From an uncultured Candidatus Actinomarina sp. (GTDB lineage Bacteria > Actinomycetota > Acidimicrobiia > Actinomarinales > Actinomarinaceae), in assembly GCA_902593475.1 (NCBI GenBank), contig CACJIM010000006.1, forward strand, positions 1-63,382: DNA of 63,382 nucleotides, in the 5' to 3' direction. How positions within the stretch are numbered: the first letter of the stretch is position 1; each line of letters begins with the position of its first letter. Both the position numbers and the translations under genes were made by a program. Shown one piece after another: positions 29,523 through 38,686 of the stretch. The notes beneath the pieces are model-generated. The model was not told the DNA's origin. It made no database searches and worked only from the letters and a program-made list of their open reading frames with translations.

Positions 29523-30578
29523 TTAGACTAGGTCTTGTTCTCTAATCCCAAAAGATGGATGACGAAGTCTGCAGAGAGCGAGTTTTTCTAATTGTCTGAT
29601 TCTTTCTCGGGTCAAGTCAAACTCTTCACCAATTTCTTCAAGTGTTCTCGGGACGCCATCGTAAAAACCATATCTTAAAGCTAAGATTCTTCCTTCTCTT
29701 TCAGGAAGTCTGCTAATACTATCCCTGAGGCTCTCAGCTACATCTAAATCTTGAACAATTAATGAAGGATCGCTTGCATCTTCATCTTGGATAAAATCAC
29801 CAAGTTGTGCTCCATCTTCACCGACAGGTTGTTCTAGAGAAACTGTATCAGCAACACTTAAAGCTAGTTCTACCTTATCAACCCCTACACCTGCTTCTTT
29901 AGCAATCTCTTGTGGTTTTGGATCTCTACCTAGTTCAGCTTTAAGTTGAGCTTGTGCTGCACGGACTGCAGCCATAGTATCGTGTAAGTGTACAGGAATT
30001 CTTACTGTTCTTGACTTGTCAGCAATAGCTCTTGTAATAGCTTGTCTAATCCACCAAGTTGCATAAGTTGAAAATTTGAATCCCTTACGCCAATCGAACT
30101 TTTCAACGGCACGTATTAAACCAAGGTTTCCTTCTTGGATTAAATCTAGAAAATCTATACCTGAGGTGTTTGCATATCTTCTTGCATTAGCAACAACTAA
30201 TCTTAGGTTTGCAGTAAGGAAAGCGTCTTTGGCCTCGGCGCCTTTTTTTCTATCTCTTTTTAAACGGATTTCACCTTTTTTATCTTTAAACTGTTTCTTT
30301 TGTAACTTAACTGCAGCCTTTTCACCAGATTCAATTTTCTGGGCTAATTCAACTTCCTGTTCTGCAGTTAGCAGGTCGAAGTTTCCAATTGCAGTCAAAT
30401 ACTGGCTAACTAGGTCTGTAGTAAGTTTTCCTTTATCGTCAGCTAATTTTTTTGTTAAAGATTTTGCTTTTTCACGAGCAGCTTTCTCCTGTTCAGGAGT
30501 TAAAGTAGTATCTTCATTAGAAAAATCAGCTTCTTTGGCCTCTGGTTTTGGCTTTGAAGGTATTGTTTTAGTCACCAT
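29523..30578 (-). CDS. RNA polymerase sigma70 factor, RpoD/SigA-like, no region 1.1
   Basis: [54 protein letters not shown]. Confidence 0.93.
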   Translation of the reverse strand: MVTKTIPSKPKPEAKEADFSNEDTTLTPEQEKAAREKAKSLTKKLADDKGKLTTDLVSQYLTAIGNFDLLTAEQEVELAQKIESGEKAAVKLQKKQFKDKKGEIRLKRDRKKGAEAKDAFLTANLRLVVANARRYANTSGIDFLDLIQEGNLGLIRAVEKFDWRKGFKFSTYATWWIRQAITRAIADKSRTVRIPVHLHDTMAAVRAAQAQLKAELGRDPKPQEIAKEAGVGVDKVELALSVADTVSLEQPVGEDGAQLGDFIQDEDASDPSLIVQDLDVAESLRDSISRLPEREGRILALRYGFYDGVPRTLEEIGEEFDLTRERIRQLEKLALCRLRHPSFGIREQDLV

Positions 30579-30641
30579 TAGTATTTTGACCTTTATGCTT
30601 GCTATTCAGTTACAAAGGTGAATAATATACCGGCAATTAAT

Positions 30642-31532
30642 TTAAAGCGAATTGATAAATAAATTATTTTTTGAAAGATCAATGCTTACATATATATAGG
30701 AAATCCACAAAAAATCGGCAATTGCTAGGTGCAATATGCTTAAAGGCAGAACTATATTGGATAAAACATTTATGATTCCCAGAAATACAGCAATAAGTAT
30801 TAATATTTGTAATGGTTTAACGCTTACATTATATTTTTTTCTAATCCCAGTTGCGTAAACATATAGAACTATTGATAGTATTGAGGAAATAATTGGGTGT
30901 AAAATTCTTAATCTAGTCAACACTTCGGATGTTCTGTCAAAATCTGCTAAAAACCCTTCAACAAATGAAGCGCTTGGAAACAAGACGTCAGCTAAAGCAG
31001 TGATTGAGCCGGTTGCTCCACTTAGAAGAAACAAAGAAGAAATTAATAAAAAGTTTTTGTTGAACATATTTTTTATGTTCTGAAGATCGTCTTGAAGTAT
31101 TTTATATAATATTGCGTAACTCCCTAGCAAACCAAAAGTGTTTACTAAATGAATTGGAACTGCAATGATTCTTGGAAGTGAACTATTAAGACCTACCCAT
31201 TCAAAAATGACAATTACTGCTCCGATTAGCGCCTCAAAAATTACGAAAAAGGTAAGGTAATTAGTTACCATTCTTACTAAAGAGTCTTTTTGTAATTTCC
31301 TAGTCTTTGCAAAAATTATCAAAGTAACAACTAATAAAACTCCACTTACAGAACGATGGGAAAATTCAATTAATTCTGAAGTATCTGATAATGCAGGAAT
31401 TATCTTTCCTTTACATGTAGGCCATGTAGCTCCACATCCATCTCCAGACCCGGTAGCCCTAACAAATGCACCAGCCAAAATTGAGGCTATTGATAATAAA
31501 AGACCTGCTTTTGCGTAAGACTCGACTTTCAC
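30642..31532 (-). CDS. ctaA: Heme A synthase (CtaA/COX15)
   Basis: GAFVRATGSGDGCGATWPTC, EFSHR, further TM histidines. Confidence 0.85.
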   Translation of the reverse strand: MKVESYAKAGLLLSIASILAGAFVRATGSGDGCGATWPTCKGKIIPALSDTSELIEFSHRSVSGVLLVVTLIIFAKTRKLQKDSLVRMVTNYLTFFVIFEALIGAVIVIFEWVGLNSSLPRIIAVPIHLVNTFGLLGSYAILYKILQDDLQNIKNMFNKNFLLISSLFLLSGATGSITALADVLFPSASFVEGFLADFDRTSEVLTRLRILHPIISSILSIVLYVYATGIRKKYNVSVKPLQILILIAVFLGIINVLSNIVLPLSILHLAIADFLWISYIYVSIDLSKNNLFINSL

Positions 31533-32131
31533 AATAAATTATCTAAAAATGTTCTAAGTGAATCCCAAAATAAGGAGAATGAATTATAAATAACAATACA
31601 AAGCACCAGAAGCAAAGCAGATGTTTTGAGATTTCGAGTGAAATAAAAACCAATTTGTTTTTGATCATATATGTATGGCTCTTCGTCGGAAAATTCAAGA
31701 AGATTAGTAGTTTGTACTGGTTTTGTAAGATATTCTTCTAAAGTTTCTTCTTTTACCTCAGATACCTCAACTGATTCATAATCAAAATCATTAAGTGTTG
31801 ATTCTTTTCTTTGGAAGGTATTTCGAAGTTTATCAATTCTAGTTTGTTTAATTTGCACATCATCATTTTTTATTGAGAAGAGACTTTCTTCAGTTAATAA
31901 TGAACCTACTTCTTTTAATTGTTCTGTTGAGAACCCATCAAGTGTCTGTGTTATTTCAGTACCTAACAATCCTTCAAGAGCATTAATAATTTTTTTATCC
32001 GTAGGAAAACTTGTTCCAGCTTCCCATTGCTTAACATCTTTTACTTTTACCCCTGTAAAAGAAGCGATCTGTTTATTACTTAAGCCTCTATCAGCTTTAA
32101 GTCTTTTAAATTCTATTTGAAAATTATTCAT
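31529..32131 (-). CDS. XRE-type HTH protein with C-terminal TM helix (start revised to 32131)
   Basis: RGLSNKQIA..VKQWEAGTSFP HTH; C-terminal hydrophobic ALLLVLCIVIY; the ORF-track start lies inside the tRNA; TAGAAT 7 nt before ATG. Confidence 0.65.
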   Translation of the reverse strand: MNNFQIEFKRLKADRGLSNKQIASFTGVKVKDVKQWEAGTSFPTDKKIINALEGLLGTEITQTLDGFSTEQLKEVGSLLTEESLFSIKNDDVQIKQTRIDKLRNTFQRKESTLNDFDYESVEVSEVKEETLEEYLTKPVQTTNLLEFSDEEPYIYDQKQIGFYFTRNLKTSALLLVLCIVIYNSFSLFWDSLRTFLDNLL

Positions 32132-32182
32132 TACTTTAATTCTATTCAATATAATTTTTTTTATATAACTAGTCTTAAGTAC

Positions 32183-32274
32183 GGAGGTGAATGAGCGCCT
32201 GGTGGGCTCCACAGTCTTCAAAACTGTTGAAAGGTGTAAAAGTCTTTGGCAGGTTCGATTCCTGTCCACCTCCG
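32183..32274 (+). tRNA. selC: tRNA-Sec (anticodon UCA)
   Basis: Acceptor GGAGGTG/CACCTCC, G discriminator, long D-arm, ACAGT-CTTCAAA-ACTGT, long variable arm, GCAGG-TTCGATT-CCTGT; CCA not encoded. Confidence 0.93.
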
Positions 32275-32309
32275 CTACTTTATAAGATATACATGTTTAA
32301 TATAGAAAA

Positions 32310-32639
32310 ATGGCAGAAGAAAAAAGCTTATTAGATGAGGTGCAAGAAGCACCTGCTGGATTTAAGGTTTCTCCAGGTTGGAGAGTTGGTCACTTAAAAG
32401 AAGAGACCATTACTAAGTCAGGACTTCTTGTACCAGCTGGCAGTGAAAAAACTTCAGAAGCACTTCCTCTTATTGATGTTGATACAGGACAGCAGTTCTG
32501 GGCTGTAGCTAGTGGTGCATGGAAATTTATCTGGCCTCCAACTGGAAAAGTAGTTTTAGCAGTTAGAGAATCTCAAATTATTGCTGAAGAAGAGCTTTCT
32601 AAATCTTCTGAAAATGGCCAATTACCTATAATGAAATAA
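32310..32639 (+). CDS. Divergent GroES/Cpn10-like protein (putative)
   Basis: EETITKSGLLVP resembles the mobile loop, PLIDVDTGQ resembles PLDVKVGD, VLAVRESQIIA resembles VLIMSESDILA; by-eye alignment only. Confidence 0.55.
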   Translation: MAEEKSLLDEVQEAPAGFKVSPGWRVGHLKEETITKSGLLVPAGSEKTSEALPLIDVDTGQQFWAVASGAWKFIWPPTGKVVLAVRESQIIAEEELSKSSENGQLPIMK

Positions 32640-33959
32640 TTGAATCAGAGAAATAATCCAAACCAATCAGACAGAAGGCTTCTAACAGTATCTGATAGAG
32701 ATATCTTTGTCACTACTCAAAAAGCATTATTAATTGGAATAGTCTTAAAAAATGAAATAAGAGCTGACAAGGAAGAGTCTCTTAAAGAGCTTGTTAATTT
32801 AGTAAAAACTGCTGGATCAAGTCCAACAATAATCCAGACTAAAAGAGTAGAAAAAATTGATCCTAAAACTTTTATTGGTAAAGGTTCTATAAAAGAATTG
32901 GTAGATATCTCAGATGCAAATGATATTGATGTGGTTTTATTTGATTGCGAATTAACTCCAAATCAACAAAAAGAATTGAGAGCTTTATTCAAGTGTGATG
33001 TGGTAGACAGGACTGGTCTTATCCTTGACATATTTGCACTTCATGCTCAGTCAAAGGAAGCCAGCTTACAAGTTGAATTAGCTTTATCAATTTACTTAAA
33101 ACCACGTTTAGCTGGCTTAGGTAAAACTTTGAATCAGCAGGGCGGTGGTATAGGAACAAGAGGACCTGGTGAAACAAAACTTGAAACAGACAATAGATTA
33201 ATTGACAACAGAATTAATAAATTAAAAAGGGAAATTAAAAAAGTTAGTAAACAAAGAGAAGTGCAATCTAGCTTTAGAAAGAAAAATAATACACCCCTTG
33301 TTTCAATTGTTGGTTATACGAATGCAGGAAAATCTACCATGCTAGAAAAAATTACGTCTTCGAAAACATATGTAGCTAATGAGTTATTTGCAACTGTTGA
33401 TTCTTTACAAAGAGAGTTAAAAATTGATGGAATAAATGAGCACATCATACTCTCGGATACAGTTGGGTTTATTCAAAATCTTCCAACAACATTGATCGAA
33501 TCTTTTAAATCAACACTTACAGTTGTTAAAGAAGCAAATTTATTAATTCATGTTGTTGACGCAGCATCTGCAATACCCGAAATGCACATAAATACAGTGC
33601 ATGAAATACTAGACCAGATTGAAGCAGATGTGCCTGAAATATTGGTTTTTAATAAAATAGATAGAATTGACAAGGCATCTTTAAATTATTTAACGGAAAA
33701 ATATCCAGATGCAATATTTGTATCATCAACAAAAGGGACAAATATTGAAAAATTAATTTCTGAGATTACAACAAATGTCTTTGGTGATCTAAACGAAGTT
33801 TCGCTTATAATATCGCCTAAGGACTTGGATCAACTACACAAGTATTCTTCCATCGTAAGTGTTAAAAATATTGAAGAGGGGTTAGAAGTAACTGTAGAAA
33901 TTAGAAATTATTACCTAGAAAATCTGCTTCAAAAAGATGTTGTTAAACTTTTATCATGA
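32640..33959 (+). CDS. hflX: Ribosome-associated GTPase HflX
   Basis: VDRTGLILDIFA, GIGTRGPGETKLE, GYTNAGKST, DTVG, NKID. Confidence 0.96.
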   Translation: MNQRNNPNQSDRRLLTVSDRDIFVTTQKALLIGIVLKNEIRADKEESLKELVNLVKTAGSSPTIIQTKRVEKIDPKTFIGKGSIKELVDISDANDIDVVLFDCELTPNQQKELRALFKCDVVDRTGLILDIFALHAQSKEASLQVELALSIYLKPRLAGLGKTLNQQGGGIGTRGPGETKLETDNRLIDNRINKLKREIKKVSKQREVQSSFRKKNNTPLVSIVGYTNAGKSTMLEKITSSKTYVANELFATVDSLQRELKIDGINEHIILSDTVGFIQNLPTTLIESFKSTLTVVKEANLLIHVVDAASAIPEMHINTVHEILDQIEADVPEILVFNKIDRIDKASLNYLTEKYPDAIFVSSTKGTNIEKLISEITTNVFGDLNEVSLIISPKDLDQLHKYSSIVSVKNIEEGLEVTVEIRNYYLENLLQKDVVKLLS

Positions 33960-35308
33960 CTAAATCTATTGGTTTAATTGGTATTGGGGTAATGGGTAGC
34001 AATATTGCTTTTAATTTTGCTGAAAAGGGCACGTCTGTTCACGTATTTAATCAATCTGAAGATAAGATTAATTCTCTTATAGAGAAAGACTCTCACGGTA
34101 ACATTTCTGGATCTACTGACCTCGAGAATTTTATAGAATCTTTACCAAAACCGAGAAGAATTCTTATGCTAATTCCATCTGGTAAACCAACATTCGATAT
34201 GGCAAAAAAAGTAATTAAATATCTCGAACCAAATGACATATTGATTGACGGGGGTAATGCGTACTATCTTGACAGCAACAGACTGGGTGCTCTGTGTGCT
34301 GAGAAAGAGATAGATTTTATAGGAATGGGTGTTTCGGGAGGAGAAGAGGGTGCAAGAAATGGACCGGCCTTAATGATTGGTTCAGAGAAATCAATTAATA
34401 ATGAATTAAAAGAGTCTTTATCTTCAATAGCTGCAAGTTATGAAAACTCACTAAGTATTGGATTTTATAAAGGTTATGGAACTGGCCATTTTATTAAAAT
34501 GCTTCATAACGGTATTGAGTATGCTGAAATGCAAATTATTACTGAGGCTTACCATATTTTAAAAAGGGCAAACTATACCAATATTGAGATAAGTGAGTTT
34601 TTCAAGGAATTTGCCACACAAAACAGATCTTCATATTTAATTGAAATAACTTCAGAAATTTTATTAAAGAAAAACGATTCAGGGTATTTACTTGATCAAA
34701 TACAATCTAATGCAAATCATAAAGGCACAGGCAAACTAACAGTTGAGACATCACTTAACTATGGTTTTCCATTACCTAGTATCTTTGAAGCATTCAATGC
34801 GAGGGTAGAGAGTAACTATGAAAACTTATGGTCAAAAAATATTGATGAAAAGTTAATAGATATTTCTTCAGAATCTTTAAACAACGCAATATATTTTGCA
34901 AGACTAGCAACAATGATTCAAGGTTTGCTCTTTATCCAGCATGTGAGTAAAAAAGAGCAATTAGATATAGATTTGAAAGAAGTCTTGCAGAATTGGTCAG
35001 CTGGTTGCATTATTAGATCTGACCTTCTAAATGAATTGGGTAATGCAAAGCTGCTGAACCCTATTACTACAACCTCTTCTATTCAAGATTTATTACAGAA
35101 TAATCTCAGTGATGCAAAAGAAGTAATTAAATCGTGCATTGATAGCGGTATCTCAATTCCTGTTATAAATTCTTCATACAACTGGTTTGTAGGAACATCA
35201 AGTACATTTAATCCCTCTGCTTTAATTCAAGCTCAAAGAGATTATTTCGGTGCGCATCAAGTGCAATTTAAAAATTCTGACGAATTTATCCACCTGGACT
35301 GGGATTGA
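33956..35308 (+). CDS. gnd: 6-phosphogluconate dehydrogenase (decarboxylating)
   Basis: GIGVMG, DGGN, MGVSGGEEGARNGP, KMLHNGIEY, QAQRDYFGAH. Confidence 0.95.
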   Translation: MTKSIGLIGIGVMGSNIAFNFAEKGTSVHVFNQSEDKINSLIEKDSHGNISGSTDLENFIESLPKPRRILMLIPSGKPTFDMAKKVIKYLEPNDILIDGGNAYYLDSNRLGALCAEKEIDFIGMGVSGGEEGARNGPALMIGSEKSINNELKESLSSIAASYENSLSIGFYKGYGTGHFIKMLHNGIEYAEMQIITEAYHILKRANYTNIEISEFFKEFATQNRSSYLIEITSEILLKKNDSGYLLDQIQSNANHKGTGKLTVETSLNYGFPLPSIFEAFNARVESNYENLWSKNIDEKLIDISSESLNNAIYFARLATMIQGLLFIQHVSKKEQLDIDLKEVLQNWSAGCIIRSDLLNELGNAKLLNPITTTSSIQDLLQNNLSDAKEVIKSCIDSGISIPVINSSYNWFVGTSSTFNPSALIQAQRDYFGAHQVQFKNSDEFIHLDWD

Positions 35309-35333
35309 TTTAAATTCTTACTAATATTTTTAA

Positions 35334-37847
35334 ATGAATGAAAACATTAGACTACCAAAAATAGCAATACCTCACAGATACGAAATCAATCTAGATATTA
35401 ACTTGGATGAATTTAGCTATACGGGCAAAGAAGTTGTTTTCTTGGAAATAGTTGATGAAACAAAAGAATTACAACTTCACTCACTAGGAATTGATATAGA
35501 AAATGCTTTTATAGAAAATGACACAGGTGAACATATTGAGGCTTCAATTAATTATTTACCTGAAGAAGAGAGAGTTTCACTAATTTTCGAAGATAAAGTT
35601 ACTCAAGGAGATTGGCAACTTTATCTTGATTTCAAAGCCACAATAGTTGATGAATTAAGAGGGTTTTATAGGAGTAGCTTTAAAGATTCAGAAAATAAAG
35701 ATGTTTGGATTGCGACTACTCAATTCGAACCAACAGCAGCGAGAATGGCATTTCCTTGTTGGGATGAGCCAGAATTCAAAGCTATATTTTCCATAGCTTT
35801 AACCACAGACAGTGATTTGATAAGAATTAGTAATGAAAAAGTATTGAATGAATCAACTGAAAACAATAGAACTACAACTAAGTTTGTTGACTCTATGAGA
35901 ATGTCAACATACCTAGTAGCTTTTGTTGTTGGTAAATTAGAAGTTTCTAAGATAGGATCTTCAAAAACAACTGATGTAGGAATAGTGCATAGGCCAGGTT
36001 TTTCTGACCAAACTAATTTTGCTGGTACAGCTGCAATAAAAATTCTGGATTTCTTTGAGGATTATTATGGGATAAATTATCCAGGATCAAAATTAGATCT
36101 TATAGCAATACCTGATTTTGCTATGGGTGCAATGGAAAATGTTGGGGCCGTTACTTTTCGAGAAACGCTACTGCTTATTGATGTAGAAAAAGCAACAAGA
36201 GCAGAATTATCAAGGTCTGTTGAAGTAATTGCTCACGAATTGGCTCATATGTGGTTCGGAGACTTGGTAACCATGAACTGGTGGGATGGTATTTGGCTAA
36301 ATGAAGCATTTGCAAGTTTAATGGAAGTTATAGCTTCTGAAGCAACTTACCCTGAGTTTAAATTGTGGAATCAGATGAACCTAGATAGGTCAAGAGGGTT
36401 TGGAGTTGACTCATTGAAGTCTTCAAGGCCAGTTGAGTTTGAAGTAAAAACTCCAGAAGAAGCAGAAGAAATGTTTGATGTATTAACCTATCAAAAAGGT
36501 TCTACCGTACTCAGGATGTTTGAAACATTTATAGGTGAAGAAACTTTTAAGGATGGTGTGAGAAAATATCTTAAAAAATATGAGTATAAAAATACACACT
36601 CTTCTGACCTTTGGAACGAACTTACAAGTGCAAGTTCTTATAACCTTAGTGAAATTCTTCCTACATGGATACAACAAGAAGGGTATCCAATTGTAAATAT
36701 CGAAAAAGAAGGTTCCAGTTTTAAAATATCTCAAAAGAAATATTTGATTGATGGAAGCACCGACAGCTCTCTTTGGAGTGTGCCGTTGAATATTAGATAC
36801 TTGGATAACGATAAAGTTAATAAATTAGTTATGGATTCTGATTCAATCACGATTGAAAATGATGGTGCAATTCCTTTTATAAATAATGGTGGTTGGTCAT
36901 TTTTTCACTCATCATATAGTGAAGATATCTTTGAAGAAATATTATTAAATTTTGAAAAACTTGACTTAAACGAAAAATATAGAATTTTAGAAGATTCTTG
37001 GATGGCATTGCGAATAGGTGAGTTGAAGCTATCACTTTTTATCAAACTTTTAAACTTATATACAGGCGAAAAAGATGTAAATATTTGGTCATTAACTAGT
37101 AGTATCTTTTCTACCTTTGCAAAAATTGGAGAAAATGATAGTTTTAAAAATTATGTTAAAGATTTTAGCTATCCGTTAATAGAAACTTTAGGAAAAGAGT
37201 ATCGAGATAAATTTAATCAAGAAGAATCCCAGTTAAGATCCTTGCTATGTGGAACTTATGCAAAGATAACTGAAGATTCAAAATTTATTGAATTTTTTGC
37301 AAATCAATTTATTTCAAATGAATATGAAGAATACTCCGATGGTAATTATTTTAATTTAGTGTTATCAATTGCTGGAATGAAACAAGAGTGTTCCTCAGAA
37401 ATATATATTGAAAAGTTTAAAAATTCATCATCACCCCAAATAGAAGCAAGATATAGAGGGGTCATCGGTACATTAAGTGATCCTGATACTCCAAAAAATG
37501 TAATTGGAGCAATTTTGGATCAAACAATAAGAGGGGCGGATGCCCCTTATATAATCGCTACTTTACTTTCAAATAGTAAGAATGCTTCTAATGGGTTTAT
37601 AGAAATAAAAAATAATTGGAGTGCCTTGCTCGAATTAATGCCTGGTTGGACAGCATCACGAATACTTGATTCACTGCCATCAATATATGACGAGTTACTG
37701 AGTGAAGAAATTAAATCTTTTGTTAATGAAAATCCACTTCCATCAGCCGAAAAAATAACAAGGCAAAATATTGAGCGAATGGACGCGAATATAAAATTTA
37801 AAAACACAATAAAGGATGAGTTTATTAATACTAAATTTGAACTGTAA
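35334..37847 (+). CDS. pepN: M1 family aminopeptidase N
   Basis: TQFEPTAAR, GAMEN, HELAH-x18-E, YQKG. Confidence 0.93.
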   Translation: MNENIRLPKIAIPHRYEINLDINLDEFSYTGKEVVFLEIVDETKELQLHSLGIDIENAFIENDTGEHIEASINYLPEEERVSLIFEDKVTQGDWQLYLDFKATIVDELRGFYRSSFKDSENKDVWIATTQFEPTAARMAFPCWDEPEFKAIFSIALTTDSDLIRISNEKVLNESTENNRTTTKFVDSMRMSTYLVAFVVGKLEVSKIGSSKTTDVGIVHRPGFSDQTNFAGTAAIKILDFFEDYYGINYPGSKLDLIAIPDFAMGAMENVGAVTFRETLLLIDVEKATRAELSRSVEVIAHELAHMWFGDLVTMNWWDGIWLNEAFASLMEVIASEATYPEFKLWNQMNLDRSRGFGVDSLKSSRPVEFEVKTPEEAEEMFDVLTYQKGSTVLRMFETFIGEETFKDGVRKYLKKYEYKNTHSSDLWNELTSASSYNLSEILPTWIQQEGYPIVNIEKEGSSFKISQKKYLIDGSTDSSLWSVPLNIRYLDNDKVNKLVMDSDSITIENDGAIPFINNGGWSFFHSSYSEDIFEEILLNFEKLDLNEKYRILEDSWMALRIGELKLSLFIKLLNLYTGEKDVNIWSLTSSIFSTFAKIGENDSFKNYVKDFSYPLIETLGKEYRDKFNQEESQLRSLLCGTYAKITEDSKFIEFFANQFISNEYEEYSDGNYFNLVLSIAGMKQECSSEIYIEKFKNSSSPQIEARYRGVIGTLSDPDTPKNVIGAILDQTIRGADAPYIIATLLSNSKNASNGFIEIKNNWSALLELMPGWTASRILDSLPSIYDELLSEEIKSFVNENPLPSAEKITRQNIERMDANIKFKNTIKDEFINTKFEL

Positions 37848-37858
37848 GGAGAATAAAT

Positions 37859-38674
37859 ATGAAACCAAGAATAGCTGTATTTTTACAACCACAACATGCT
37901 GAGTACGACCAGATAAGGGCTGCTGCAATCGAGTCTGAAAAAATAGGTGCAGATGTAATTTATAATTGGGATCATTTTTACCCCTTATACAAAGAAGATG
38001 GAACCCAGTGGGCTGAAGGAGAAAGGCGTGAAGGTAAACATTTTGAATGTTGGACAATGCTTTCAAGTTGGGCAGAGGTAACTAATTCTGTCGAGATAGG
38101 TCCTTTAGTAACATGTAACTCGTATAGAAATCCAGAACTACTTGCTGATATGGCCAGAACTGTTGACCATATATCAGATGGTAGATTAATTTTTGGAATA
38201 GGTTCAGGCTGGTTTGAACAAGACTATGAAGAGTATGGTTATGAATTTGGCACTGCAATATGGAGGTTAAAAGAATTAGAAAAATCACTCGAAAGAATTG
38301 TAAACAGAATGGGGAAACTTGATCCTCAACCTAAACGAAAAATCCCTATTCTTATCGGTGGTGGTGGAGAAAAAGTTACTTTAAGATTAGTGGCTCAGTA
38401 TGCAGATATATGGCATGGATTTGCTACAAAAACTGAAGAAAGAAGCGGGATTGAAACAGTCGCACACAAAAATAATGTACTTAATAACTGGTGTGACAAA
38501 GTTGGAAGAGATCCAAATGAAATCAAAAGATCAATTGGAATTGATATAAAAAGAATAGATTTGGCAGATGATTTGCTAGAAGCTGGTGCAACTGAAATTA
38601 CGCTTGCTGTGAATGGGCCAGGATATGACCTCACACAAGTAAAAGAGTGGATTGCATGGAGAGACTCTAAATAG
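37859..38674 (+). CDS. LLM-class F420-dependent oxidoreductase
   Basis: LQPQHA, NWDHFYPL, NSYRNPELLADMARTVDHIS, GGGGEKVTL. Confidence 0.85.
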   Translation: MKPRIAVFLQPQHAEYDQIRAAAIESEKIGADVIYNWDHFYPLYKEDGTQWAEGERREGKHFECWTMLSSWAEVTNSVEIGPLVTCNSYRNPELLADMARTVDHISDGRLIFGIGSGWFEQDYEEYGYEFGTAIWRLKELEKSLERIVNRMGKLDPQPKRKIPILIGGGGEKVTLRLVAQYADIWHGFATKTEERSGIETVAHKNNVLNNWCDKVGRDPNEIKRSIGIDIKRIDLADDLLEAGATEITLAVNGPGYDLTQVKEWIAWRDSK

Positions 38675-38686
38675 AAAATTGAAATC

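Noticed and set aside
30076-30621. 181-aa plus-strand ORF
   Set aside because: Antisense shadow of the sigma factor with no motifs.
32132-32269. 46-aa N-terminal extension of ORF 31529-32269
   Set aside because: Antisense to tRNA-Sec; ATG 32131 has its own -10 and begins the HTH.
32275-32309. tRNA-Sec as integration site for an island or prophage
   Set aside because: No integrase, no duplicated tRNA 3' end seen, and housekeeping genes on both sides.
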